A stretch of 63,831 nucleotides of DNA, filler included, from Pelomyxa schiedti (lineage: Eukaryota; Protista; Evosea): assembly GCA_020536535.1 (NCBI GenBank). It is 11 parts of 11 records of this genome, joined end to end, with 100 filler letters (N's around TTAATTAATTAA, not from the genome) between each part and the next. Parts side by side here need not be neighbours in the genome. Positions count along the whole stretch, not along the records: positions 49,759 to 60,641 come from JAHLWZ010000468.1; positions 60,742 to 62,339 come from JAHLWZ010002398.1; 9 more parts are not named here. One strand, given 5' to 3'. Positions within the stretch are counted from its first letter, which is position 1, and each line of letters starts with the position of its first letter. The translations under genes and the position numbers were made by a program. Positions 49,759 through 62,439 of this stretch are shown here, one piece after another. The notes beneath the pieces are model-generated. The model did no database searches, was not told the origin of the DNA, and worked only from the letters and a program-made list of their open reading frames with translations.

Positions 49759-50255
49759 TATTTTTACAACTGTTTGCCACGTTTATAACCCTGGCGATTA
49801 GGTACCGTGCTGTAAAAGAGGGCTCTGTATTGATGGCGATGCTTTTTGCAGCTAACTTACTTATTGTGGGCATTCCAGCAGTTAGTATATTGCGGGGCTG
49901 GTTTACCTGGAGCGGTGTTATGGCATCCACAATGGCATTTGTATATAGAGAGCGCATGAAGCTGGTGCATGCTCTTGGTGCCTACAAATGGGCCTGGGTT
50001 GTTGCCCTTGGGTGTGGAATCCTAATGCTACTCATGCGGGCTGCGGTATACATCTTCATGATTTGTGGACACCCTGTTTTACAGTCACTGTGGAGCATTG
50101 CAATCTTCTTGTTCTGTGTCACTCTTATGACTTGCTGTGCGGCCAAGCTACAGGACTCATTTGTGGTGAACTTCAAAGACGGGACCACAGCAGGGCTACT
50201 CCTCGCCACCGTTTTCCAACTTATTTCACTCACAGGTGCCCTCTACACCCTCTAG
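49759..50255 (+). CDS. Polytopic membrane protein, C-terminal fragment
   Basis: About four to five hydrophobic helices in ORF 49830-50255. Begins at a linker. Confidence 0.5.
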
Positions 50256-50423
50256 CATACCATATGTTTTGTAATTAACATGTTAACAAAATTGGCCATG
50301 ATCAAACATCCCAGTGAATTCCATTGGTGTGGTTGTGCCACGTAACAGGCATTCCCTTCATCAAATCCCTTTGATAATTCCAGTGCACACTCCGTGTTAT
50401 GGGTTTTATTGTCACAGTACATA

Positions 50424-51785
50424 CTACAGACTCAAAGTGGGCCAAGGGGGTGATGGTGGTCGTGGTTTGACAAACCTTTCTCGTTTTGGGGGTGTTCTGT
50501 TTGAATAGTTGGCAGGGCTTGAAATGGAAAACAGCACCTGGCCTGTTACAAGGTCCTGGTATTCGTGTGTCTGCCTGCCTCTGGCAACAAGTAGCTCAAA
50601 GGAAGGAAGCAGACTGATGCTTAGGGACCTACCCTCGTGCACTCGCTGTGGAAGCCTCAGGGCAGATGCAGAGTAAAGATCGAAATGATAGTGCCCACAG
50701 CGAGGCTTGACAGTATATTCTCTTTTGGCAACCACATATGAGGGGGGAAGCAGCTCCGCACCTGCATGTGAAGAGCCCTGAAATACAACGGACTCGTCTG
50801 TGAGTGTGTTGTACAAAACCCTCTTCCAGTCCTTCAAAGAGCAGGGTATGGCTGGAGAATGGGAGGTGAGAAATTCATTGGGTTGCAGCTGCATTGCGTC
50901 ATCCATTTTTAAAGGCATGTGCTCCATAAGTAAGGAGGGAGGAGAAACTATTTTCTCCCTGGTAATAACCAGTTTTCCACTGAAAAAGCTTGCTTCCAAG
51001 TCAACAAAGAGCACATGCCACTGTGACAGAATAGAAGCTACAACAGTCACTTCATCAACATTATAGCTGCAAGTTTGGAACCTGACTTTGATGAGATTAA
51101 AGGTGACTTCCAGCACACAGTGGTCAACTGGTACACCATCTACGAGACGCCACAACCCCAAGCAAGGATGCTTGGGATGGGAGAAGAGGGGCGCAAGGCA
51201 CACCAGCCATTTGCGGTTGCTCTCAAAGTCAGTTGCTCTGATGATGTCAGTTTTAAAATCCAGCAATTCCCCAGGGATTCTGCGCCCAAGCCTCCCGCTG
51301 TCCTCGTTCATCACAAAGAAAGGGGACACATGAGCAGACTCGGAGTCCAGTCTCTCGGTGAATTCTGCAATCCAGTTGCCACAGCCAAGGTAGCACCCAA
51401 CCGCCACGTAATGCGCGCATGTGCGCGTCGAGTCAGAGAATATCCCGCCAAACACGTGGACCCTGTGCCACACCACGCCTAGCGTGTGCGACAGCCCGAC
51501 GAAAACGACGACGCTGTAATCTCCGCCTGGAAGGAAGTGCTTGCCCCAGACGTCGAAGCCGACGTGGCGCCCGCACGTGGCGACCCACTTTTGCCCGATC
51601 TGGCAGTCTTCGAGCAACACCTTGATCGCCGCCGACGCGAGCATTGGGGAGGCGCCGTAGTGGTGATAGTAGTGGAGCGACCGCGACGAAGACACGAGGG
51701 CGCCGCATGCCAACGCCACAAATTGTGAGCGCGCGTCCAGCACCGTGTGGAATGTCATCGGCAGGTGTTCGTCGTTGCAGTACAT
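50424..51785 (-). CDS. Hypothetical protein with VLDARSQFVALACG N-terminal family motif
   Basis: 453-codon ATG-to-stop ORF with a GC-rich 5' end. Confidence 0.7.
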   Translation of the reverse strand: MYCNDEHLPMTFHTVLDARSQFVALACGALVSSSRSLHYYHHYGASPMLASAAIKVLLEDCQIGQKWVATCGRHVGFDVWGKHFLPGGDYSVVVFVGLSHTLGVVWHRVHVFGGIFSDSTRTCAHYVAVGCYLGCGNWIAEFTERLDSESAHVSPFFVMNEDSGRLGRRIPGELLDFKTDIIRATDFESNRKWLVCLAPLFSHPKHPCLGLWRLVDGVPVDHCVLEVTFNLIKVRFQTCSYNVDEVTVVASILSQWHVLFVDLEASFFSGKLVITREKIVSPPSLLMEHMPLKMDDAMQLQPNEFLTSHSPAIPCSLKDWKRVLYNTLTDESVVFQGSSHAGAELLPPSYVVAKREYTVKPRCGHYHFDLYSASALRLPQRVHEGRSLSISLLPSFELLVARGRQTHEYQDLVTGQVLFSISSPANYSNRTPPKRERFVKPRPPSPPWPTLSL

Positions 51786-51973
51786 GGCGAAGAGGCAAAA
51801 ATTACTAATTTGTGATTCTTCGCTCCAGTTGTGCTTTGCAAGTTATGCAGACTTCTGTGAGATCCCCAACAAGCTCCGTGGATCTACGAAGCCAGAGTAG
51901 ATGTTAACAGAACCCACTATCGTATAAGCAAGGAAACCCAGCCAACTCGGGAGGGTGAACAAATCACAATCTG

Positions 51974-53912
51974 ATGAGTTTCGGGGAAGGCGTCATCATG
52001 ACCGGCGTGGCGTCGACCGAATTGAATTCGACAGCCGCGGCTCCGCCCACCATTGTTGGGGAACGCCACTCCTCCACAACTACAACCACGGCGGCCACTG
52101 TCTCGCCACCAACAACACAAGGAGGCGAAAGCAACCACAATAACAAAAAGAAGAAAGAGGGTAGGAACGTGGACCCGAGGTGTTTTACGCGAAGGCACGT
52201 GGCTATTAAGATAGCCTATGTAGGCTGGTATGTGGTTGTTTTTGTTTTTGTTTTTGTTTTTGTTTTTGTTTTTTTGGGTTTGGCCTGTAACCCCCTTCAT
52301 CATCGATAAACAGGCACTTCCACGGATTTCCCGCACAAGATTCAACTGAAAACACCGTGGAAGCTTATTTGTTTAAGGCATTGGCACAGGCAAAGCTTAT
52401 CCACGACCGTGCATCTTGCAATTATTCCAGATGTGGAAGGACTGATGTTGGTGTTTCTGCCTTCTCTCAGGGTATGTTTACTGTTACAACGATTTGCCCT
52501 CAAACAATGAACACAGTGATTGCACTTTCAGTGAAATCGAAGTTGTCAAATCATCCCGGCTTGCTCCCACCTCTGATGGCATCTAACCAAGACAGCAGTG
52601 GCCCAGCAGAAACCTCCACTTCAACAGCTGCCTCCCCCTCGAAGTCATCTATGGAAACCTATGTGCCACCTCCAACTGAAGGTGAATTGGATTATTGTGC
52701 CATACTCAATGGGTATTCTTCCTAAAGCACTGCAATACGAATTTACTATTTCTCTTAAGAACTACATGAAAACAGGATAATGCCCCCTATGATCAGAGCA
52801 ATAGCGTGCACCACTGTACCTCCGACTTTCAATGCTCGTTATGACTGCACATCCCGAACTTACAAGTACTTCTTTAGTTGTGCTGGTAAGTTTTATTTCT
52901 TTTTGTCTTTTTGTTTTCCTCAGAGTATTCATTTATCCCAGACCTTGACTTGGACACAGTCAACCAGGCAGCCAGTCTTCTTGTGGGGACTCATGACTTC
53001 AGAAATTTGTGCAAGATCGATTTGGAGAATGCCAAGACATTTGTCAGAGAGATTTTTTCTGCAGTTGTGGAACCAATGGGACCAACATCTACTCCAGACC
53101 GGTACAATCTCTTCTGCTTTACAATTAGAGGATCGGGCTTCCTTTGGCACATGGTAATTACTTCTCTTTTTTTTAAATATCATTTCTCACGGCATCTTCA
53201 GGTCCGTTGCATAATGGCCATTCTTCTTATGGTAGCACAAAAAAAGGAGAAACCTAGTATTGTAAGCGAACTGTTGGACATAAAATCCTGCCCACGCAAA
53301 CCTTCCTACGAAATGGCTAGCGAATTACCCCTGGTCTTGTTTGACTGCAGCTATCCGGACCTCACATTCATCCACAAACAAGGTAACACCCCATTTCCAC
53401 TCATTAGTTCCAGTTACAATCCCAATCCCAAGTTAATACAATACATTACAGATATTCTCGAGAATGTATGCAATACCTTCTACGCGGAGTGGAACCGGGC
53501 GTCCATGCAGTGCAGCCTCCTCCGCACCATGCTGGACTCCCTCTACGCCACGCCAACAGCTCCGCGTGCCGGGCCCCCGCGCGGCCCACCAAAGCACACC
53601 CCGCTACACCTGCGCCCCCACAACCACTCCCTGGAGGAGCTACAACAACACCAACACCAGCAGCAACAACAAATCACACACCAATCGTCGTCATCTTCTT
53701 CAGCATCATCATCCACAACGGCAACAGCAACAACAAAAGGGAAAGCAAAGCCACCTGTGCCCAAGAGGAGGTGCGTAGCACAAAAACCAACACCGCCGCC
53801 ATCATCAAAAGCAACTGCAACTACAAACAATAACGTGGACACAACAACTGCAGTCACGCCACCACAGTCCACTACTGCTCCCTCTGTGACTCCTCAATCC
53901 CACAGCACCTAA
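51974..53912 (+). CDS. PUS3: tRNA pseudouridine(38/39) synthase, TruA family (multi-exon)
   Basis: [75 protein letters not shown]. Confidence 0.9.
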
Positions 53913-54018
53913 CAACACACCATTCAAGTCAATAAAAGAAGGAATGATGGGGACTGGTTCTATTGGACTCAGAAATTTGATAGGGGCTTGTTGTTTCTTG
54001 GTGTGTTTGGCGTGATTT

Positions 54019-55765
54019 TTAAAGTCCGTGAAGCTTCTGGTATTGTTGGAGGAGACCAGAGAATGACCTGGTAAGTTCCTGGTTGAGGCGGGCCTTGGCA
54101 TCCTCAGGCCAGAGTTCGGCGTTGCCGCGGCAGAATGTGGTCAAATCCTCGTGGTTGTTGAAGAACGCAATTGGAAGATAGAACTTGCGGCCGTGTGTCT
54201 GAACCTGTATTGGATTGGTTATGTTAGTTTCCGGGTTTCCCCGTAATGAGGAAGCGCGTTTGGGGGATAGGAATAGGAAGGCGAACCATCACTGTGCTGG
54301 GGATATCTGATGTGCGGACAAGGTACTCAATGTCATCACAGCCGTAGGCGTTCCACATAACGTGGTCAGGGACAGAGTGGTTCAGAGAGTGCATGATCTG
54401 TGCACCAACACTAGCCGCAACATTGCCGGGAGCCTCAGCACCGCGTTGCTTGTTCTTTGCGCGGGACATTTCAGCGGTAACACTAACGTAGAGGATAGCA
54501 GCATTCTCAAGAATGCGTGGAGAAAGTTGGGAATAAGTGTACTGGTAACCATTGGGCTCCTTAATGGGGAATGTTATACCATGTGCTCCTGTTGACGCAG
54601 TTAAAAACAAGCAAGGCTTGGAAGAACTTTACCTCCGCGAGAAAATTCGATAATGACGGTCTTCCCTTCAAGAGTGTCGGGGATATCTTTCCATTTGGCA
54701 TCCAAGAAAGACCTGCAGCGCTCCTCCAGCAAGTCAGCTAGTGCCCACGCAGTTTTTGCCTTGCAGACATTTAGTTGGAGAAAATGGGAAAATTAATTTT
54801 ATTGTAAATACCGAGAGGTCACCAAAGAATCTTGTTATTCCCACCTTATTGTATGTTGGAGAAAGACTTGTACTACAATGGGGATACCTTGGCTCGGGCT
54901 TGATCATATCTCTCAAACATCCATCTGGCAGCTGAAGCCACAGTAGGTTTTGGTGGCTTGTTGACAAGGTCCTCATAGTCCTCGTTTACAAGGTGTGTCA
55001 GTGTCCCCCAGTCTACAAATATTTAGGTAACTCAGTTGTTACAAGAAAATTGTATCACCATGATCAGTAATGAAGCCACGGTCAGGCAAGTCAAAGAACA
55101 TCCTTTGTTGACCCAATCTATGGCACTTTGTGAGTACTAAAAAAAATAAATATTTACTATCAAAGGATCCCATTAAGTTAATACACGATTGCTTTATCAA
55201 GAAATNNNNNNNNNNNNNNNNNNNNNNNNNNNNNNNNNNNNNNNNNNNNNNNNNNNNNNNNNNNNNNNNNNNNNNNNNNNNNNNNNNNNNNNNNNNNNNN
55301 NNNNNGGCAAGTCAAAGAACATCCTTTGTTGACCCAATCTATGGCACTTTGTGAGTACTAAAAAAAATAAATATTTACTATCAAAGGATCCCATTAAGTT
55401 AATACACGATTGCTTTATCAAGAAATTGAGGGAAACACCTGTTGAGAGCCTCATCGACCCTCCTCATAATATCCACGTAAGGATAGTCATCGAGTTGCAC
55501 AAACTCACCAAGTCTGAAGTTTGTGACGCACTTCTCAGCTCCCAGGAACTTAAAGAACTTCCTTATTTCCGATTTCCCTCCTACGTTCCGAGTAGAGTGT
55601 TTGTTAATTTCTTGCTACGGGGAAAAAAAAAAAACCAAAAGAAAACGAAACGAGGACAAAAAAAATATGCGTGTGTAGGTCGATATTGAGTGCCACAATA
55701 ACGGCAAAGTTACCAGCCGGAAAAGCGTTCAGAAGTACAGTCTTGATCGTAGATGTCGCTGCCAT
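54019..55765 (-). CDS. Uncharacterised P-loop NTPase, NMP-kinase-like motif order, about 7 exons
   Basis: Spliced product VLLNAFPAGGKSEIRKF...VQLDDYPYV...DWGTLTHLVNEDY...KTVIIEFSRGG...AAILYVSVTAEMSRAKNKQR...YGCDDIEYL...NNHEDLTTFCR. ATG at 55765, TAA at 54019-54021. Confidence 0.8.
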
Positions 55766-56069
55766 CGCCTCTCTTGGTTTCGTTTAGTTTTCTCAAAATA
55801 GGTGGGTTTCTTTGAAGCCATCCAATGGGAACTCAAGTTACCAAGGGTGGCCACTCATCCACATAATTAATCTCTTGTGGGACGTTTGAGAGAGGATCTC
55901 AGAGTCCTAGTTCAAGGGGCCCTCTCAATCTGGATGCACAGACAAATGGTGTAATGGCACAGGAAGTTGCTGGTTCATGTGGAAGAGTCTATTTGGCTTT
56001 TGATGTTGATAATTTCCCCTGGTTTAATTGTCCAGTTTTCTTTTTGTAGCTTGTTCTAATGTAATTCCA

Positions 56070-56187
56070 GTGTTAGCTTCTGTGGGAAGAGAATAAAGCC
56101 CCACAGAGGAAAAAGAACGAAAGAGAGTGTGAGTGTAAAGGTTCTCTTGCTTGTTCTCATGCTTGAGTTGCACATGTTCAAAGGATA
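56070..56187 (-). mobile_element. 118-bp dispersed repeat, copy 3
   Basis: Reverse complement of 1012-1129 with several C-to-T changes, two of them at CpG. Confidence 0.55.
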
Positions 56188-56824
56188 AAAAGGGAGTGTG
56201 TAAAATCTCACAGAGCGGTTGTGCGATGTTCAAATGGATTCTTGGACAAGTGTGCATATAATCAAAACTGCCTGCCACGTTCTTGTTGCTGTATTTGTGC
56301 ACCCAGCTGCGCTGTGCGCTGATCATTACCTTCGCTGTCTCATTCTGGTAATAGTCCAGATTCAGCTCAGTCCTCAGTCTCTCCAATCCCACTAAAGTGA
56401 GCAAAGGCGAGTTCATGTACTTTGTGGAAGTACACACCAGGAGGTTGTGCAATGTCTTCTCTGGATGGAACTGACTTTGATGCTATTGGAAGAGGAGCAT
56501 GCTTTCCATTCACATATAAAACTCTGAATATTGTGAAGCAGGTCCTATCATTTGGAGTGAGTTTGTGTGATGCAACACCCATAGTGAATGTGGCAATTTG
56601 CTCAAAGAGGCCAGACTGTCAATGGGCAACAAAACAAATCCTTCTTCAGTGAATGCCCCCTCATGTGCATCATCAAACACCAGTTTGCAAAAGGCCCCCC
56701 TGAAAGTTTGGTGTTTTTGAACATAGATCCATGACTACATTGAGTTTGTTTTTGTCACAATGGTGGGTGGTGAGCCATTTGTTTGGGTTTTGTGGTTTAT
56801 TTTTTTAGTGTTGGAACTTGGGGG

Positions 56825-59094
56825 TCAAGAAAGAAGTGAAGAGCTCTTTTTGGGGTTCTTTTTGCTGTTGGTGATGGGCACACCGTCATCAGACATACAC
56901 TTTCACCAGGAACATAGAGCAAAAGAACCCAAGTGCCATCACTGTGCAGCCAATAAGCCAGGCTATCTGATAGTCTTTGATTCCAGTCCACTCCTTAGAA
57001 AGTATTAGGTACCGGAAAGAGGTTATCTACACATACCGAGGATGTTGCTGGACTACTAGTAGAGACGCTTGAGAGTGAACTCCCCAGTGCAGTAGAAGAT
57101 TGGTTTGTGACATTGTATGTTGGTGTGTAGTCATTCATATCATCAAGGATGAATATATTTGAGATGACAGAGCCAATAGCACCCCCTAAAATACGGAAAA
57201 AGGTGTTCACAGCTAGAGATGGTGAGAATGGAACGCAGCAGATGATATTAAGTACCAACAGCAGTAGCAAAGTAATTCAGCTCGACTGTGTCGGACAAAA
57301 CAACTACAATCAACGACATAACCCCAACTATGCCTACCCCAGAAAGAAGTGTTACCAGCACGATTTGGATTTCCGTCTCAGAGAAGAAAAATAGTAGAAG
57401 AAATGTGGCAACCATAACTAGCATTGAAAGAGGAATTATGTACACCGCTCCTAGTAAGTGTAAATTGCGATTTCAGTGAAGGGGTAGTACCAATTTTTTC
57501 CGCTAGTATAGGTATAAATAGCAAAACGACCGGACAAGGAGTTGACAATGCAAGGCCGATAGCAAGGGTACTAGTGTATTTGAATGGCCCATCGGGATCG
57601 CTCAGGAAGACAGCAAGAGTCTTAGAGCACGTAAGTGTAGGGAGAAAGGAAGATAACGAGAGACCTGAAATAGTGCAAACATCCCATATCCTATGGTGAG
57701 GGCAACAATATTCATAAGAATTACAGTTCGATTGAGCATTAACTTGGTAGGGAACAGTGCATCCTCCTTCATTCTTATCTCCCACAACACAAACAAAACG
57801 AGAAAAGCAGGAGTCAAGCAGAGAAGAATAATTGGCGTTGGGTCACTCCACCCCTTTTCCATTGTCAGATTTTCAAAAAAACCTTATGTTTTTTACCTGC
57901 TCACCAAGTGTAACTCCAATGAAGAACGTACCAATCACAAAACAAAGGAGAATAACACCTGTGATCAGATCAGGACAAAGCTAAGAAGAACCTACCACAG
58001 ATTCGCACCAATAAAGTCAATTCGCCTTTGTGCTCGTGCTTTGAGGATTGCCGGCTCTTCCATAGTGATCATAAATGCTATGACTATAAGTATAACAACC
58101 GGTCCTGTGATCCAAAACAGAGTTGCCCATGACATATTTTCACTGTCATATGTGAAGTGTATCCCTTCTAAAGCTGCCCCACCACCAAGAAGGCCTACAT
58201 ATGAACCAACTGCAAACATGGAGCTTACAATTCCAAGCTTCATTTATTGGAAGGTAAGATTAAATCAAGATAAAAACGGCCATACTGTAGGACCCACGAG
58301 CTTGGGTGGGAATGAGGCTTTGATTATAGTAAAGCAAAGAGTAAAAGAACCCTGACTAATGGTTCACTGAAATTCGAATGAGAGTTATTATGTACCATTC
58401 CAAATCCTTGGAGTCCCCTTAATAAAATAAGAGCTATGATATTTGGCGACAAAAAGGATAAGCCACAGCCTATGACACCTGGTCTCTGGTTAGAATTGTC
58501 TGGGCAAAACAGGTAATACCAGCAATATAGAAACTTAGGCAAGTGGCAACTGTTTTTTTTACACCAAGTTTGGTTGTTGACATGGCACTAAACATGGGTG
58601 TCGATATTCCTTTTTTTTTTTATTGAGAGTGCAAAATTAATCAAGGCAAGATTACCTCCAGTAATTAAATATGCGTACAATACCCACGGAACCCATTGGA
58701 TTTGCTCCATATAAGCGGTTCCAATCATGTTCAACGCAGGTACCTATCAGTTGATTACGGAAAGTGAAGGCATTAGTGAAACGGGAGATACCAACATTAT
58801 TTCAATGAACATAACTGACAGAGTAAGAATGGTCATTTCTAGGATCAAGAAGAACAGAGTGAGTGGAGTCAAAGGAGGAAGCGTTGTTGCGATAGCGTCG
58901 CCATCAGCACCCCACTTTTCTTCCGGTTCTTTATGCTTGCTTTTGCTGCTGTGGTGGCTCTTGTGGGATTTCTTCCCATCAGTTGGCGTAATTACAGCGC
59001 CTTCAGTACCGGGTGAGATCTGTTGTTCCTCCTCGTCGCGTTGCGACGACAGATCGTCGAGGTTGACGCCTTCGTGGTGAGATGCCTTCATCAT
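56825..59094 (-). CDS. MFS transporter, DHA2/EmrB-like 14-TM type (multi-exon; 3' end approximate)
   Basis: LSPNIIALILLRGLQGFG, GIVSSMFAVGSYVGLLGGG, ALFPTKLMLNR, NTFFRILGGAIG, and many TM segments. Confidence 0.8.
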
Positions 59095-59683
59095 AATTGG
59101 CAAAAATGGTGGACAGAATATGCCGGGAACTCAGACCAAAACGCCCGACTTCTTTTGTGATGGTGGCACCGTGTTCATCTTGAAGTCTTCAAACTGTTGT
59201 TGTAGTCTAGTGTGTCGCCTCGGCCACATATTTTTGGTCTCTTCTGCGAAGTGGGTCCAGAGACCGGTTAGCGGCGCTCCACTTCGTCGTGCTACGCTCC
59301 ACCCCTTCAGTAAGTACGTTCTCTTCATTAGCATTTGTTGTTGTGGTGTTTCATCCTCAGAACAGAATGACAATCTCAACCAGCACGGCGTGGACTGCCA
59401 TCAGGCTGCTGGCACCACATCGCGGGTGCCACCCACAAAGAAGTGCAACCTCACGCTGCCCTTTCCATTTGAACATCGCAGCCTTTTAACCCAATCACAC
59501 AAGCACTCTGTGAGATTTTACACACTCCCTTTTTATCCCTTTTCAACAACAAGAACAATCAAGAGAACCCTTTATTCTCTTCACTCTCACTCGTTTTCTT
59601 CCTTCTTATAAGTGGAAGAAGAAGCAAGAGGCAAAGGTGGCAGTGAAAGGAAAAACACCACTTTACTAAGAAAATTCAGTAAA

Positions 59684-60475
59684 ATGGCGTGGGTTCAACC
59701 TAAAAAATCAGTGATGACAATTTTGTGTTCAAGACAATTAATTCCAGGATTTATTGTTAGGTATGTGGAAGCTGATTACTTCTGGGATTCACAATGCAGT
59801 GTGTATGTCTCCATAGAGTCCTGTCCAACAACATGCACACAATACAATGACTATCCATCACAGAGGGCATGCTACTGTGGAAAAGATGCTGGTGGAAATA
59901 TACTTATTGAATACAGTCAATGCTACTATGAATTGAGCATACAACTAATTGTCTGGGATTTCTGGGGAGGTTGCTGTGACAGCAGCAAAGTGGAAGTTCA
60001 CTGCTGGTGCCTGGACCTACTCACCAACCACTCTGTGGTGGATCCTGTTTTTGTTGTTCCACAGAAGGAGGGTCTGTGGGTGGTGTTCATCCCCATGAAG
60101 ATGGCAGCATGGAAGGGCCACAGGGAAGTTGTCAAGGGGCAGAAACACACTTCAATATCAAATCGAAGCAGCGAAGTTCCTCGAACCAACACATCAATTT
60201 CAAATCCAATCTTGGTATCTTCTTGGCTGGTGTACAAAGTGACGATGGCTAGCAGCAGCAGCAGTGCCAGCGAGGCCAACCGGCAACACATTCGCGAGAT
60301 GGACGACATGTTGGCCGGCGGCGCAATTATGGGACGAGTAGGCAAGGTAGCCGGAGCAATCGCAGTAGTGCCTGGTACGCGCCGCCATATTTCTTTTCTT
60401 TTCTTTTTTTCTATTCCTATTCCTATTTTGGTTGTATTTGTACTATATAATCACTTAACCACACAACCAATATAA
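59684..60475 (+). CDS. Hypothetical protein with a single ankyrin-like stretch
   Basis: Open frame 59612-60475 includes MAAWKGHREVVK. Confidence 0.35.
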   Translation: MAWVQPKKSVMTILCSRQLIPGFIVRYVEADYFWDSQCSVYVSIESCPTTCTQYNDYPSQRACYCGKDAGGNILIEYSQCYYELSIQLIVWDFWGGCCDSSKVEVHCWCLDLLTNHSVVDPVFVVPQKEGLWVVFIPMKMAAWKGHREVVKGQKHTSISNRSSEVPRTNTSISNPILVSSWLVYKVTMASSSSSASEANRQHIREMDDMLAGGAIMGRVGKVAGAIAVVPGTRRHISFLFFFSIPIPILVVFVLYNHLTTQPI

Positions 60476-60741
60476 TTTGCTTTCTACAATACACGCGCGG
60501 CGCAGGTTTTTACGGTTACGCATTGTGTGTTGATAACCCCAAATAGGGATGATTTCTGAAAGATTACCAATTCCTCACATTGATAGGAAAAGGTGTGTAA
60601 CCCCAACTGTTACTTTGTGATGGAGACCAAGTACCTAGAATNNNNNNNNNNNNNNNNNNNNNNNNNNNNNNNNNNNNNNNNNNNNTTAATTAATTAANNN
60701 NNNNNNNNNNNNNNNNNNNNNNNNNNNNNNNNNNNNNNNNN

Positions 60742-60970
60742 CGTCCATGTGGCCGTTGTGCCACTCGCCGTCGTAGGTGTTGCCGGAGGACCACGAGTGG
60801 GCCCCTCGGCCGTGCCTGTCCCCGGCCCTCCACTCTCCGTCGTGCTTTTCACCGTCTGGCTTGGTGAGGGTGCCCTTGCCGTCAAGCAGGTTGTTGACGA
60901 CCCTGCCTGTATACGTGCCCTGGGAACCCTGCAACACGCAATTTACAACGTTTGACACTGATGACGACAT
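60742..60970 (-). CDS. MORN-repeat protein, N-terminal fragment
   Basis: YTGRVVNNLLDGKGTLTKPDGEKHDGEWRAGDRHGRGAHSWSSGNTYDGEWHNG. Cut by a linker. Confidence 0.85.
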
Positions 60971-61240
60971 CCCCTACAATGAGCTCTCAGGCGATGGTTT
61001 TTTGATTGTTTTCCGCGAAAAAGAGATTCAACGGATAATTAATCTACCCTAAAATAGTGAACGACTATGAACAAAACAAATTATTTTTCCTCTCTTTGGT
61101 TACAAAGATCAAGTGCGTTTAAACGCGTGGCACGCAGGCAATGCTGTCAACGCCGTTTAGCTTTCCGCAACTTGGCATTAGATTTAGAATCGCTATTCTA
61201 AGCGTCGCTCGATCCAAAGTAGTAGCCGTCAATAACATAA

Positions 61241-62339
61241 CTATTCCTTGTGTTCCACAAGATCAAAGGTGGTCAAGCCACCACCTTGTTTGAGAGAGGT
61301 CAGGATAGCTTGGCATGACTTGGAGGTGGGTCTTGCTGCAACAGAAGTCCTTGATGTCATCAAGTGTGATTCCAAGATTGGTGTTGTTGATGGTGAACTG
61401 TGCATGAAGTGGTGTGGATGCAATGATGTACATGAAGTACTTGATAGCAACATCCCTTGTGATGTCTGGAAAAAGCCTCAGAATCAACTTCCAAGTGGCA
61501 ATGTCAACTGAAGATCCCAATAACCTCCCCCTCACCTGTCACACAAACACTTGAGAGTGCCAAAGAAAAAGGAAATCTACACACATCGGGGAGAGTGAAT
61601 TTCAGCTTGTGGAACAGCCACTCTGCACATCCTCTTTTGTTTAGGGAAAGCATACAGAGAAATAGCAGGAGGAGGTGACTATGATTACTCTCATCATGTG
61701 ATTCTTCTTCTTGTTCTTCTGAACGAACAGAACCTGCTGTTGGTGTTGTTGTGCAGACAGAGGAAACGAACCACCTTGTAATCTTGGTGGATCGTGGGTT
61801 TCTGTAATTAAAGCATTGCTTACGGTCATCAACTGTGAATTCCCCAAAGGATAACACCTCCTTTAACTCGTAAAATGAGCCAACCTCCACAACATTTTTC
61901 AACAACGAGACAAGGAGATCATGGTGCTCAACTGGTGACAGGGGAAACCTCTTCCACACAGAAACGGCGCGACTGACCTTGGTTTTGACTGCAACGCCAG
62001 CAGAAGCTTTCACCACACTGAGAACCTCAGCGGGACTGCAATCAATGTCACAAGAGCGGGAATGGGTGAGAAGCCACACAAGCCAGTCTTCCTGTGTTGG
62101 AACGTCGCGCCAAGGGAGCTTGGAAAGAGAAACTTTTGGCTTTGCACCTGTTGTGGTGGTGATGTGCTGCTCCAACCATCTGGAAATGGACTGCTTTCGC
62201 GCAGCCAAAGCTCTGTGAAGGGCTCCAACAAGGTCATCTTGGCACAGATCCCCACCCACGTTCTGTAACAGCCACTTGAGGAATTCCACGTTGTCATGGT
62301 TTCCTGAACATGCAACCATGAAGTTGTCAGTTGTTGGTG
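61241..62339 (-). CDS. Degenerate ankyrin-like family member, 5'-partial
   Basis: ACSGNHDNVEFLKWL, NKRGCAEWLFHKLKFTLPD, and terminal exon VDIATWKLILRLFPDITRDV. Confidence 0.75.
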
Positions 62340-62439
62340 NNNNNNNNNNNNNNNNNNNNNNNNNNNNNNNNNNNNNNNNNNNNTTAATTAATTAANNNNN
62401 NNNNNNNNNNNNNNNNNNNNNNNNNNNNNNNNNNNNNNN

